Assembly: GCF_009914755.1 (NCBI RefSeq)
Contig: NC_060931.1
DNA: 64,000 bases
DNA from: the human T2T-CHM13v2.0 reference genome, Homo sapiens
Reading direction: 5' to 3' (one strand)
The notes beneath the pieces were generated by a model that was not told where the DNA came from, did not search any database, and worked only from the letters and a program-made list of their open reading frames with translations. The number at the start of each line of letters is the position of its first letter. Positions within the stretch are counted from its first letter, which is position 1. The translations under genes and the position numbers were made by a program. Of this stretch, positions 12,457 to 25,312 are shown piece after piece.

Positions 12457-12829
12457 TGGTATGATTTGGCTCTGTCCCCACCCAAGTCTTATCTCAAATT
12501 TTAGTTCCCATAATCCCCATGTGTTGTGGGAGGGATCTGGTGGAGAGAATTGAATCATGGGGGCAGTTTCCCCCATTCTGTTCTTGTGATAGTGAGTACT
12601 CACAAGGTCTAATCATTTTATAAGGGGCTTTTTTCTTCTCTGGGCACTCATTCTTCTCTCTCCTGCCACCTTGTAAAAAAGGATGTGTTTGCTTCCCCTT
12701 CTGCCATGATCGTAAGTTTCCTGAGGCCTCCCCAGCCATGCAGAACTGTGAGTCACTTAAGCCTCTTTCCTTTATAAATTACCCAGTCTTGGGCAGTTCT
12801 TTATAGCAGCATGAGAACGTATTAATACA
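12457..12829 (+). mobile_element. THE1C/THE1D MaLR solo LTR
   Basis: TG...CA ends, perfect 5-bp TSD gacac on both sides, cttccccttctgccatgatcgtaagtttcctgaggcctccccagcc. Confidence 0.92.
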
Positions 12830-13248
12830 GACACGCACACATTCTTTTATTACCTGAGAAAATTTCTGGCAATTAGTATGTCTGTCCTCCTCTGCCTCCA
12901 TCTCTGTAGCTAACATTTGGACATTCCTCTGTTTCAGTTTCAGATTTGCTCTCATAATGTTTTTGAATGTTACATCTTTCCCTTTCTTATTTCAGTTTTC
13001 TTTTTTTCTGACATTGAGTACGTGCTTTGTGATAGTCACTAGAGATACAAATAGCTCAGAATCAAAGAAAGAGTGTACATGAAGTATTTTCAAGAATATG
13101 CCTATAAAATATTCAACGATTTCTCAGAAAATATCAATTGTAAAATAAATAAAATACAACAAAACTTTCTTATTTGCACAAATGCGTAAAGTACATGTAG
13201 TCTAATTTAAGTAGTTTTTATTTTTTTTCTCTAAAGTAAATTTTGTGA

Positions 13249-13549
<301 letters not shown>

Positions 13550-13799
13550 CCAATTTTGTGACCATTTCATATAATATTATAAGTATTCCTTTACTAAGGC
13601 AACCTGTTAATATAGGTCTCTCAGTTGCAGGCTTTTCTTATTCTATGGATTGACTAAGAAGCCCCCAAAAATCCTTATGAGGAAAGATAGAGTCATGTGT
13701 CATAAGAGAAGGCTAGTAATAGGCTTGAGTTTCAAAGAAAAGAGTTTATCAGACTGAGGAGTAAAGAACGTTGGTAACTGGCCTTCAAAAGATAGTTAA

Positions 13800-14320
13800 G
13801 ATTGCATCCGGAAAGATGTGGGGAAGGGGATGTAAAATGGATAGCAAGGCAGGATAGCAACAGGGCATTCTTGGAATAGACAACCATCCATTTGTTCTCA
13901 GTGTGAAATATACATGGTTTTGTAATGGGAATTAAGGCCGAAATGGCATGTCAAGGCCAGTAGTTGAGAGCTTTGTAGGTCACATTGAAGAGTTTGTATT
14001 TGGAGTTTGATGGACTCCTAGGATGGATCTGTCCAGTGGACAACTGGATTTCAGACCTAGGAGAGCCTCTATAGAGGTATTAATTGAAGCCTTTGGATGA
14101 TCGAGATTGTGAAGATAGAATATAAGACAGAGCCTCTTGAGCATTTCTCCCTTAGTGAGAAGAAGGTGGTGATACACAGAAGGAACCTTCAGCAAGGTGA
14201 GAATGATAGATAAAGGATGGACTTTCCCCAAGAAACCTGGCAAGGGAGTGATCAGGAGTGTTAATACTGTCACAGAGACTTTAAAGAGGATCACAAATGA
14301 GGGGAAACCTTGGATTTTAA
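13800..14320 (-). mobile_element. Degraded L2 fragment(s)
   Basis: Purine-rich antisense L2-like text (gtccagtggacaactggat, gtgttaatactgtcacagagac). Confidence 0.5.
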
Positions 14321-14798
14321 TCTTGACTCTTAGTACTCAAGGAAACTGCATGTTAAGATGTGGTAATTAAAGTATTAAAATATTCTAAGGGTCCCTTGCA
14401 CTCTCCCTTTCTGTGCCCATTGTGACAGCATGGTCACATCATTGCTTGAGGCATGCAAGAGTGCTTTATTGAAGATAGTATTACGGGGGGAGATTTTATT
14501 TTGATAGAGAGTAACAAATAGACTAATAATCTATCTTAAAGTAAGTATCTTAAAGTCAGTAGGCAAAGGAGAAAAAAAGATATTGATAAGGAAAGCATCT
14601 GCAGGACAGATTCTAGATTTCTGTTTTTTGTTGTTGTGTATGTCAGGGCCCAGACTATGTAAATGATAGGGCAAAATGTGAGTAGCAACATAGTCTTATT
14701 AGAAACCTAAATATCTACAAAGAGAGCAAAAAACTATCAAGTCAAGAATATGTTACCCATTTTAGTAAAAAGGTTAGATTTCATTTGCCTTGTGTATT

Positions 14799-14833
<35 letters not shown>

Positions 14834-14858
14834 GTGTGTGTGTGTGTGTGTGTGTATG
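14799..14858 (+). repeat. (TG)n/(TATG)n compound microsatellite
   Basis: 60 bp, seen directly. Confidence 0.97.
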
Positions 14859-15168
14859 ACAGTACTGTATTAGGAATGCTTAGTAGGCATTTGGAGAAGT
14901 TTTGGGTGATTGGTAACATGAACCATTCTTCCCTTTAATCTGGTGCATCTGAACATATTCCTGGGCAGAAGGTATACCTGTGCACATTACAGACGTTTGT
15001 GGGTACTTTTATTTCATTATCCTCAAGCAAGAATACGAGATTGCTATATTCTACATTAGACCAACTTGTTCTTAGCAAGCACAGAATAATAACCTTTCAG
15101 TGTGAATGTTTGTACATAATAGTAGTAGGATGTATTTTGTGGTATTTTTTAAATGAGGATTCATTTTA

Positions 15169-15453
15169 GGCTTGGCACAGTGGCTCACGCCTATAATCCC
15201 AGCACTTTGGGAGGCTGAGGCAGGAGGATCGCTTGATTGAGCCCAGGAGTTTGAAGCCAGCCTGGGCAACATAGTAAAACTTCATCTCTACGAAAAGTAC
15301 AAAAATTAGCTGGGTGTAGTGGCACATACCTGTGGTCCCAGCTACTTGGGAGGCTGAGGTGGGAGGCTTGAGCCTGGGTGGTGGAGGCTGAGTGAGTGAG
15401 AGTGTGTCACTGCACTCCAGCCTGGGTGACAGAGTAAGACAGTCTCTCAAAAA
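15169..15453 (+). mobile_element. AluJ
   Basis: Dimer; TSD aaatgaggattca(t/c)ttta encloses the Alu plus the microsatellite tail. Confidence 0.9.
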
Positions 15454-15471
15454 CATACATACATACATACA

Positions 15472-15502
<31 letters not shown>

Positions 15503-15526
15503 GTACATGCATACATACATGCATAC
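15454..15526 (+). repeat. (CATA)n tetranucleotide repeat derived from the Alu tail
   Basis: Seen directly, inside the Alu TSDs. Confidence 0.95.
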
Positions 15527-16782
15527 AAATGAGGATTCACTTTAAAAAGCATTGAAATGTAAATATCAGCTATACCTGAATGTTTATAATTTAAAGGTAA
15601 GATTGTCATTAAAGGAAACCTTAGGAATTTCTCAGACATACTGAAAATCAGCCCGAAAGTGTTTTCTGTTGTTTGGTTGTTGTCGTTCTTTTAGGATTTT
15701 ATGGAGTACTCTCATTACTTATCACTTAGACCAAAAGAGAATGTCAAACTGCCAACAAAGTTGTTTTTTCTACATTTCTACTAAATAATGTTAAGTAGTC
15801 AGGTTCATCTTTGGAAGGAAGATTCTTAAGTGCTTTGGCCTCCAGTAGTTTAGATGAGACTTCTTAAAACTCAAAATCATTTTATTGGAAAATGCTTTAT
15901 TTTCTGTCTTTGTGAATTATATTTATAATAATGCATTTAATTTAGGCCTTGGGATTTTGTATACCTTTGGGTGGGCCTCTTCCTCTTCTCCCCCTGCATC
16001 TCTAATAAGCACTGAATATCAAATTGAAACCATGATATTCTGAAATCGGAAAGTTTCTGCCTTTTGCAGCTTATTTGATGGGAATAAAAATGACTGATGG
16101 CACTCTCTCTTGGACCCTTTTGTTCAACTCACCTATGATTATGGAGCCTATTAGCTGGAGTTACAACCTATTTAAGAGCAGTGCTTACCAGTAATGGGGG
16201 CCAAATGATTTTGGAAAGTTCAGATGTACTGGACTCCCTGCAGAAATGAATTCAGCACTGAACATATTGATGCAGAACCCGAACGAGGCTACTCCAGTGG
16301 GACAAAGAGAATTGTGAGCTCTGCAAGAAATGAGTGGGTAGTAGAATTAAAGATCAGATAGATGTTCGGCTCAAGGGCAGTCTCAGCTCTTAAGTTCATC
16401 ACAGCAATTTAATCAGGCCCAAATGAGCGTTGCCCAGAAAGGAATCAGCCTTCGGTGTGACAGGAAATGGAGTTTATTTAAAAGATTCTTTGTTTCTAGT
16501 AATTGTGTGTTAAGGTTTTCCAAGTCTACACTAAAATTACGGAACTACTACATTTGATAGGTGATAGCACTTTGGTTTACCTTGGTTCAGAAGATGTACT
16601 GTTGAGAAGATTTATACAAGTCATGATCTTGTCCAGAAGGAGCCTGCCACCTCAAAAGTTCCAGCTCTATCGTCTTTTGGATTAAGTAGGCCAGAGTGCA
16701 TCTTTGGCTATAGCTATCTGATGCCCCCTTCCATTGTAAAATTATTTTCACAAAAATATATTTGTCTACAGTAAGAGTTATA

Positions 16783-17033
16783 TAATATAGCAGTAAAGAC
16801 CACAAACTTTAGAATGAGGCACACCTGGGTTGGAATCCCACCTCCTCCACTTGTTAGCTATATGACCTTGAGCAAATTACAACTGTAGTTGAACACATAG
16901 TTCTTTACTTACGAAATGAGAATAATAATTCCTGCCTCACAAGATTATGGGGAGAGGTCAATTAAATGATGTAGTATGTATCAGTTGCTTCACAATGTCT
17001 GCACATAATAAGGGCTCAATAAATAGTAGTTAC
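16783..17033 (+). mobile_element. MIR SINE
   Basis: cctgggttggaatccc...ccacttgttagctatatgaccttgagcaa...gctcaataaatagtagtta. Confidence 0.8.
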
Positions 17034-17096
17034 AGCTCTAGAGCTCTCTCATCTTGTCCCTCACCTCATTTGCCCACTCCTCTACTCTCTTCATGA

Positions 17097-17471
<375 letters not shown>

Positions 17472-19065
17472 AAATAAGGGAAACTTTTTAGAGGATCTTT
17501 GGCTTCAGTCATGGAGAAAAAGAAGAAACTATAAACACTTGGAGGTCTGAACAGTTCATTGATTGTTAAGAACCCAAACAAAAACACTCCGTCCCCAACC
17601 CCGACACAACAATACAGTGGGGTATTTTGGATTGACACATTATTAGCCTGGAAACCTATATTGACAGCCAGGTTATGATTTTACACATGTAATAAGAAGA
17701 GTCTATTGGTTTTTCTTCTTTGTTGCTCACTAGTTCTTAAGTTTGCTCACTAATGTATAGGTATTTTTGTCTAACACTGACAAAATTTGAAAAGAAGTAT
17801 AATAAATTTATTAGGATTTTACTTCTCTCCTTCATGGACCTGGCAAATAGTGTATCTATGTCTCCATACCCATATCCACGTTCTTATTTTTTTTATCTGT
17901 ATCTATTATCTGTCTCTGTGTGTGTGGAAAGTGATAATGAATGAATGAATGAATGATAAAAGATCCAAACTATGAACTTTATGGATATCGGGGTAAACAT
18001 CCAACAATCCCTTAAATTTGGTGCACTCAAGTAAAAGCTGAACTGGAGAGAGTTGACCAGATCCTCTTAAAGTTAAGCTTTTTATCCCTCTGCCCATAAT
18101 TTGTACCTTGAGATCCTATAGGGATGTGCCTAGGCCTGTGTGAATGGCAGCCTCATCTATGCTGTACCTGCAGTACAGACCAGCCTCATCTGTGCTTTAC
18201 CTGTAATACAGAGCGAAACATATCTAGAGAAAGAGATTAGTTTGCAATTAGGGGGATCCCACCCATTCCACAGCTTGGCCCAGTGGAGGTTCCCTGCTTT
18301 GATCGTCTCTTGGTGAAGAGAAGAAGAGACAGCAAGTGCTGTAGAAAGTTTTCTTCTTGTAGTTAAAGTGATAGGGTGGAAACAGGAGCATAGAAAAGAC
18401 ATTCAGAGAATAGAAAGTGACCAACCATTTGAAAACCTAAAGGAAGACCTGGGTTCAAACATTTGTTAACATACAGAGAAGAAAAATATGATCTGTTTGG
18501 GGTATTACAATCCAGTGTGTATTTTCTATCATACTTACCAAATGTACTTACTTGTTGTAAACATTTAATATTTGTTTAGTGCTTTGAAGATTCGGAGTAA
18601 TGTTTCAGATCTACATATTGTATCAATAAGCAAATAACATATGCTAAGCACTTAAAGGCTATTGTCATTCTCCAGCTAGTACAGAGCAAATGTGAAAGGG
18701 TAAAGACTATGTAATTTCAGGTGCGGTTTCAGTGAGGAAGCCAGAACAGCAGTCTACTCTTATCTGCTGCTTTCTTCCACCCCAACCCCCTGACCCATAA
18801 CAACAAAAATCAAACCCAGAACAAACCGCATAGATTGATCAAAGAGCATAACATGCATTGTTAGGATTTCAGATATGTAGACAGAAAGTCAGATTAAGCT
18901 TTAATGATAATTTTGAGTTCTTGGAGCAATGCTCATTGATTACAATGTGTGTGTGCTGGGGAGCAATATTTGGGGTACCCATACCTTCCCTGGGCATGTT
19001 AACCTTGTGGGGCTTGCCTTGTTTCAGAACATGTTTCCTATTAAAAAAAGATGACTGTAAAATCG

Positions 19066-19193
19066 TAGGCCTTTTCTAGCATGCACCTCAAAACTCTTCC
19101 AGCCTCTACCCATCACCCAGTTCCAAAGCCACTTCTGCTTCCACATTTTAGTTATTTGTTACAGCAGTACCCTCCCTTCTTGGTACCAGTTTT
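19066..19193 (-). mobile_element. MLT1A internal sequence 5' stub
   Basis: Reverse complement aaaactggtacc...gctgtaacaaata...ctttggaactgggtgatgggtagaggctggaagagttttgaggtgcatgctagaaaagg matches the MLT1-int start. Confidence 0.75.
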
Positions 19194-19558
19194 TGTCTTA
19201 GTCCACTCAGGCTGCTATAACAAAATACCAAAAACTAGGTAGCTTATAAACAACAGAAATTTATTTCTGACAGTTGTGGAGGCTGGGAATTACAAGATCA
19301 AGATGCTGGCAGGTTCACTGTCTTGTGAGGCCTAGTTTCTGGTTGTAGATGGCACCTTCTAGCTGTGTCCTTTACATGGTAGAAGGGGTACACGAGCTCC
19401 TAGGGCCTTTTTTCTAAAGGCACTAATTCACTCATGAAGGCTTCACCCTCATGACCTAACCACCTCCACTAAAGGCCCACCTCCTAATACCATCACCTTG
19501 GTAGTTAGGATTTCAACATGTAGATTTTGAGTGGACATAAACATTCAGACCACAGTCC
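19194..19558 (-). mobile_element. MLT1A-family MaLR LTR
   Basis: tgtcttagtcc..ggctgctataacaaaatacc...aaacaacagaaatttatttct...cctcctaataccatcaccttgg...aaacattcagacc. Confidence 0.88.
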
Positions 19559-20218
19559 CTGTGAAGAAGGTATTTGTTATTCTGGCAGTGCAGGAGCAAG
19601 CTAGCACACTTGCCATATTTAGCTGATAGAAGTAATGTGAAATGAACCGTTAGGAGGAGGGATTTTGTGGAAGAAGGAATGGCGGACTGAGCAAGATAAA
19701 ATATGGAGAATTGCTCCCTCTTCAAGAAACGCCTCCATCCTGATGTATATCAGCTTTCATATCCCCATAGATATTTTACAGGCATTGCTACCTCTTTAAA
19801 CATTTATGCTATTAAAAAAATCAGACCAATTGTTGACATAAAGCTAACATAGCAGCTTCTATATAGACAGAATATGAATTTTTTATGCTGTTGATGAGAA
19901 GTTTATGTCATTTATATACTATAGTAGGGTAGAAGATGGATTTGGAATCCTGAAAAAGCTACTGTTTGTACCATTCAGAATATTAGCTTGTGCTTTGAAT
20001 CGAAATATTAAGATACCTGTATTGTCAATGTGAGTGTTTCTGTGCAAAGTGGCTTACATATGGGTGGAATGGGAGAAATTGCTCTACCTGGAGAAAATAG
20101 CAATAGTTTTCTTTCGTTTATGTTTTGTTTTGTGAAAGGAAGGGTTAATAGCATTTAATACCTGATTTATCTGTGCTTCTCTGCACCATTAAAAGAATGA
20201 ACTGTTGTGGTAATAAAA

Positions 20219-20401
20219 CCATATTTCATTGAATTAAAAGTGCCATCACTTGCAAGATGCAACATTATTTTATGTACCTCTAAAAAACTACACTAACAAA
20301 CTGACATGTCAAACTGACATGCCATTGATGTTAAGATGCATTCCAATTTCAGAGATGTAAATATACTTTAAAATGTATATCTTGGAATCAATGAAATACT
20401 G
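20219..20401 (-). mobile_element. MER104 (TcMar-Tc2) MITE
   Basis: TIRs ccatatttcattga / tcaatgaaatactg; internal attattttatgtac and atttcagagatgt. Confidence 0.75.
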
Positions 20402-20914
20402 CATATAGTTCTTTTGTGGTATGTGTATATATGTATGTATACACACACATATATACATATGCCACAAGAGAATAAAGTATACTTCTATTTGGTTATAGTC
20501 TATAATATTTTGAATCATTTTACTGAGTTAGGTTTTACTTATTTTTTAAAGTTGCTGTTGACATCTGTTTGATACCATTCATTTAACATGGCATGAATTT
20601 AGAATCTCTACTTAGAATAGTCCTTTGGAAGCCCTAGTTTGTTGAGTTTTCAAAAGAAAAAAGAGTCTGGTGCAAGGAGGCAGACTGACATTCAAGTCAG
20701 ATCATTTTTTAAAAAAGGAAAGAAAGGAGGGAGGGAGGAAGGAAGAAAGGAAGGAAGAGGTTCATCCTGTCAGTTAGGAACCAGCTATCTTACTTTTCAA
20801 AGACAAAATCAGATCATACTAGTATATCACAATCCCGTAGTTTATCTAATTGCATATTTATAATTCTTCTTGGATGGTGTCTCTCATCTTGGATTACCTC
20901 TCTCACCCAAAATC

Positions 20915-21480
20915 ATATTTTATTTTGTTTTGTCATTATAAAATTTACTATATGATCATTGCAAAACAAAAACAAAAAATTACCAGTACATATAACAATA
21001 CTGGATGTCATATATTAAGTTCACAATAAATTATGGCGATTTTTCCACATCAATACCTTATCTTCATGTTTCACATCAATACATAATCTTAATTTTTAGT
21101 GACTGCATATTATATCATTGTATAGTAAAACATAATTTTTAACCATTTCCCTATTGATGGACATTTAGATTGGTTGCAGTTTATCACTTTAATGGCATGG
21201 CTGCCATGTACTTTCTTTTTGTCACACTTACCCAGTGATCATTTTAGGATCAATTCCTAGCAATTTCTGGATTGCTGGATCAAAGGCTCTGTCTTCATGT
21301 TATTATGTGTTGGGAAGGGACCATTTCCTCATCTGTTCACCAATACAGGATATCAGCCATCTCCCACCCCACCCCATCTTTACCTACTTGATTGGTTAAA
21401 AAAAAAATCTATTTTTGTTTTTATTAGCATTTTTAAAATTGTAGTTGAGGTTGAACACCTTTTCATATGTTTTGGCCTTT
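20915..21480 (-). mobile_element. Ancient L1ME fragment
   Basis: ccctattgatggacatttagattg...ggattgctggatcaaagg...gaggttgaacaccttttcatatgtt. Confidence 0.7.
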
Positions 21481-22639
21481 TCAGAGTGGTTCTTGATAAT
21501 AGAAAGCACAGCAGGTCAGAGAGCAAAAGGTCTTAATGAACTTCCATTCTGCTTCACAGAAGCCTATGAGGTTTTGAGGTAACTTTCTCAAGTTCGTTAT
21601 AAAGAAGATGAAACTGATAGAAAATAACTGTGATGTAGAGATGGGGTCTGGCCCACTTTCAGCTGGTCTACTCTCCAGCACTGGAAAGGAAGACTGAGCA
21701 TCAGAAAGCCAGGGAAGATCCCTCCAGAGGTCCAGGATTGTTCTGAGGAATACTGAAATCAAAAACTCTAGACTCCTTCCTGCTTTCTGAGATGCAGGGA
21801 TTTGACAGAGAGGTCAAAAAAGGGCCCCTTTCCTCTGCATGTGCAGCTTTTATTTACTATTGTTTCCTTTTTGTTGTATTGAAATGTCTTCATTGCTTGC
21901 CTTTATGGATACAAATAACCGGATACTGTAATTTGAAAGTAGTTAACAATGAAACTGCATAGTATGAGCCATGCTGATTTTTTTTTTTAGTGGGCAAATG
22001 GGGTGATTTCTCTATGAGCCTCTCTGCTGTCAGAAGCTCTTAACATTTGAGTCAACATGGGAATTATATTTGGAATAAATTAGTAAATTCCCATTCAGCA
22101 TGCCTATACCATGTAATCTTCAGGAACCGTAATGACTGTGTAGTAGAGTATATTTCCAACTTGGTATTTATAAAACACATTTGCTCTGAGAAACCCTTCA
22201 GTATTTGTTCCTCAAGGCCCAGCCCTCATGCTGCCTCCTTTGTTAGTCAGTGTTTATTTTGTAATAGTTGGGACAGTGTTGTACAGTGGAAACCCATTTG
22301 TCTTTGGAGTTAGCCCAGACATAAATGGACTCTTAGGCCTGCTATTTACTAGCAGTATTCTCATGTTTGGAAATCAGGAGCAATGTAATTGTTGAGACAA
22401 TTTATTTTAATGAGAGTAAGTCATGCAGTAAGCATCAATCTTAGCACATATACATGTTGTCTTTTTTTGTCTCCCTGAAATCTTCTTCAGCTGCTTCCAT
22501 GTACTGATATCTTCTTCCAAATTCCTTAAGAGCCTTCATCTGGGTCATACATTGACATTTATTTGATACTTAATATTGATAGTTATCTCTTGATGTTTGT
22601 GTATGTCTTTGTATCCATAGGATCCTCCATTAGCACATG

Positions 22640-23170
22640 TATTCATTCATCAAATATTTATTGAGCCACTTCTGTATATTAGGCATAGAGTAAGATGCTG
22701 GAATATGTTAATGAACAGGAGATGTGGTCACTGTGCCCTCCTAATGCTTACATCCCAGCAGGCAAGACCTATATGAAACAAAGTTTGAATTACTAAATGA
22801 AAGACATGGCAGTTGCTATTAGCAATGTTGTAAGGGGCTGTGAATGTAGACTAGCTTGTACATGACATTTGAGCTGATATCTATTGGCTGAGTAAGAGTT
22901 AGCCAGGTAGAGGTGGGAGTGATAAGTCTTTAGGCAGAGAAAGCAGCACGTTCAAAGACTCTGAAACAGGAAAGGACTTGTTTCAGTGGTGCAATAGAGG
23001 ATGAGCAAAATGTTCTCAGAGAATGGAGTGCAGAAAGCAGGCCTTCAGAGAGGTCATTGGCAGCGTAAAAATGGGGTAAGAACGGCAACCTTGTGCAGGG
23101 TCTTGAAGGCCAGGTGTAGGTTCCAGTCTGTCACCTGAGAGCAACAGGAAGATACTGAAGGGTTAAAGGT
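22640..23170 (-). mobile_element. L2 3' region
   Basis: attcattcatcaaatatttattgag...gacattttgagctgat...aggcagagaaagcagcacgttcaaagactctga. Confidence 0.8.
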
Positions 23171-25005
23171 TTACCTGTGGAAGAGTATCAGTAAAACATA
23201 AATGGATAGATTCTAAGTGAGTCTACTTTAAGCTGGAGTTTGGAGTCGCAGGGTCCTGCGTGTGTACCACCATACTCTCTACACTTTTAAAACTAAAACA
23301 GAAAGTATTCTAAAACATAAAACAAAACTGGATTGTATTTTCAACTGTTCCTTCAACTCTGAAATACTATGATTATGCTAGAGTATGAGAAATTTTATTT
23401 TCCAAACAAATATAAAGATGTATTTCTGATGAAAAACATTTTCAACCTAAGCTAAAAGGAAATCTAATGAAAACTTTAAGGATCCTTTAAAATACTAATA
23501 TTGTGTTTAAAGAGAAAATGATACTTGTCTTTAAAATGTTTTAAAACATTTAAAATATGCTACTGAATATAAGTGAAGAGTGGTAGATCCTAAAGTAGTA
23601 TTTCTTAGAAGAGTAGAATAGGTTATTTCCAAAATCTTTTTCATGGAATTTTAGTGAAAGCTACCATAGGGATCATGTTGTCCAGCCTCTTTGTCCTTAT
23701 AAAAACATCAATATCTTCATAAATCAAGAAAATGAGTCCCAAAATTGGACACATGAGCTACCCATTTTCTAAGATTTTGCTGAACGGAACTTTGATCATA
23801 GGGGTCTCTTTCTAAGGCAACGTATTAGAAACTCCCAGCATCACTGTATTCCTTATAAGAATCATATTTTTTACATTAATCTCCAGAATCAAACTACAAG
23901 ACAATTAAGTTGTTGCTTTTACCAGGTTGAAACTTGCCTTGATTTACTATGAATGTTGGTTGCCTTGATTTCTTCTACTTTTTGTCTCAGTTCTACATGT
24001 TGTTGTTCTTCTGGTTTTGCTCCTTATGAGATTCGCTGGATCTCTGTATCTCTTCAACTGTGGTGAGTTTCATGGACAGGGTCAGAACTTAGGGAAATGT
24101 TGAGAATAGGGTGTGGTCCTATGATGGGTCCTCCTCTTCTTACACCTTCGACTGTTGTACCACTCTTTGATGTTACAAAGATGAATGACTTGTGGTCCTT
24201 GGCCCAGAGTTTCATATTCTGGATAAATTATTATTTATTTGTAGTGTACTTCTATATTTTTACATGCTGTCAGAATATTAGAAATACAGTGTTTCCTGTC
24301 AGAAATGCCAGCTGAGCAAAAGCCAGTAAGTCAGATACTAATGAATGGATTAGCAAATTATAGGGACTAATGAAATTAAATAAAGATTATTCAACTAAAC
24401 TAGTGGCTCCTCCCAGTAGTTTAGAGCGTTGCTGACCACCTTCTTTTTGTCCACTCACATATTAGAATTAAAAATGTCAAAGTAAAATTAAAATAACATT
24501 CTCACCTACAAGAGGTAGGGAGAAGGAAAGTAATATTTATCTTTAATGTTATTTTCAGTTGTGCATTTATTATGTATATTTTTGCATAAAATAACTTGTA
24601 GTTTTTGTTTGGACAAGCCAATCAAATGAGTCTTTAAGATGAAGAAGGAGAGCGAACCCACAAGAGATGAGTTTCGTATGTCTTCTCAAAAAAAAAAAAA
24701 AATTTTTTTTTAGCTCACCAAAAAATGTTATGAAATGAGAATTTTGAAACCTTACCTGTGGAAATCACAGTGGTAATACTTATATTTCAGCCCTTAGATA
24801 TTCCCAGTGGTGTTTTGATCTTAGATATTCCCCCAAAGGTGTTGATTAGATTCTGGCTACAGCTGAAGGAAGAGAATTTTTGCTTTTTAGCTGAATAGTA
24901 AAACAAGCCTCTAAAGATATGAGGCATGGGGGAAAAAAACTAAAGGCTTCTTCAAGGTGGTGTAAGGGCATAATTTTTGTCATCTTTATTTTAAGAGCTC
25001 TACCA

Positions 25006-25312
<307 letters not shown>

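Noticed and set aside
17935-17955. (ATGA)n runs here and at about 56774-56800
   Set aside because: Typical L2 3'-terminal repeats or simple STRs; nothing unusual.
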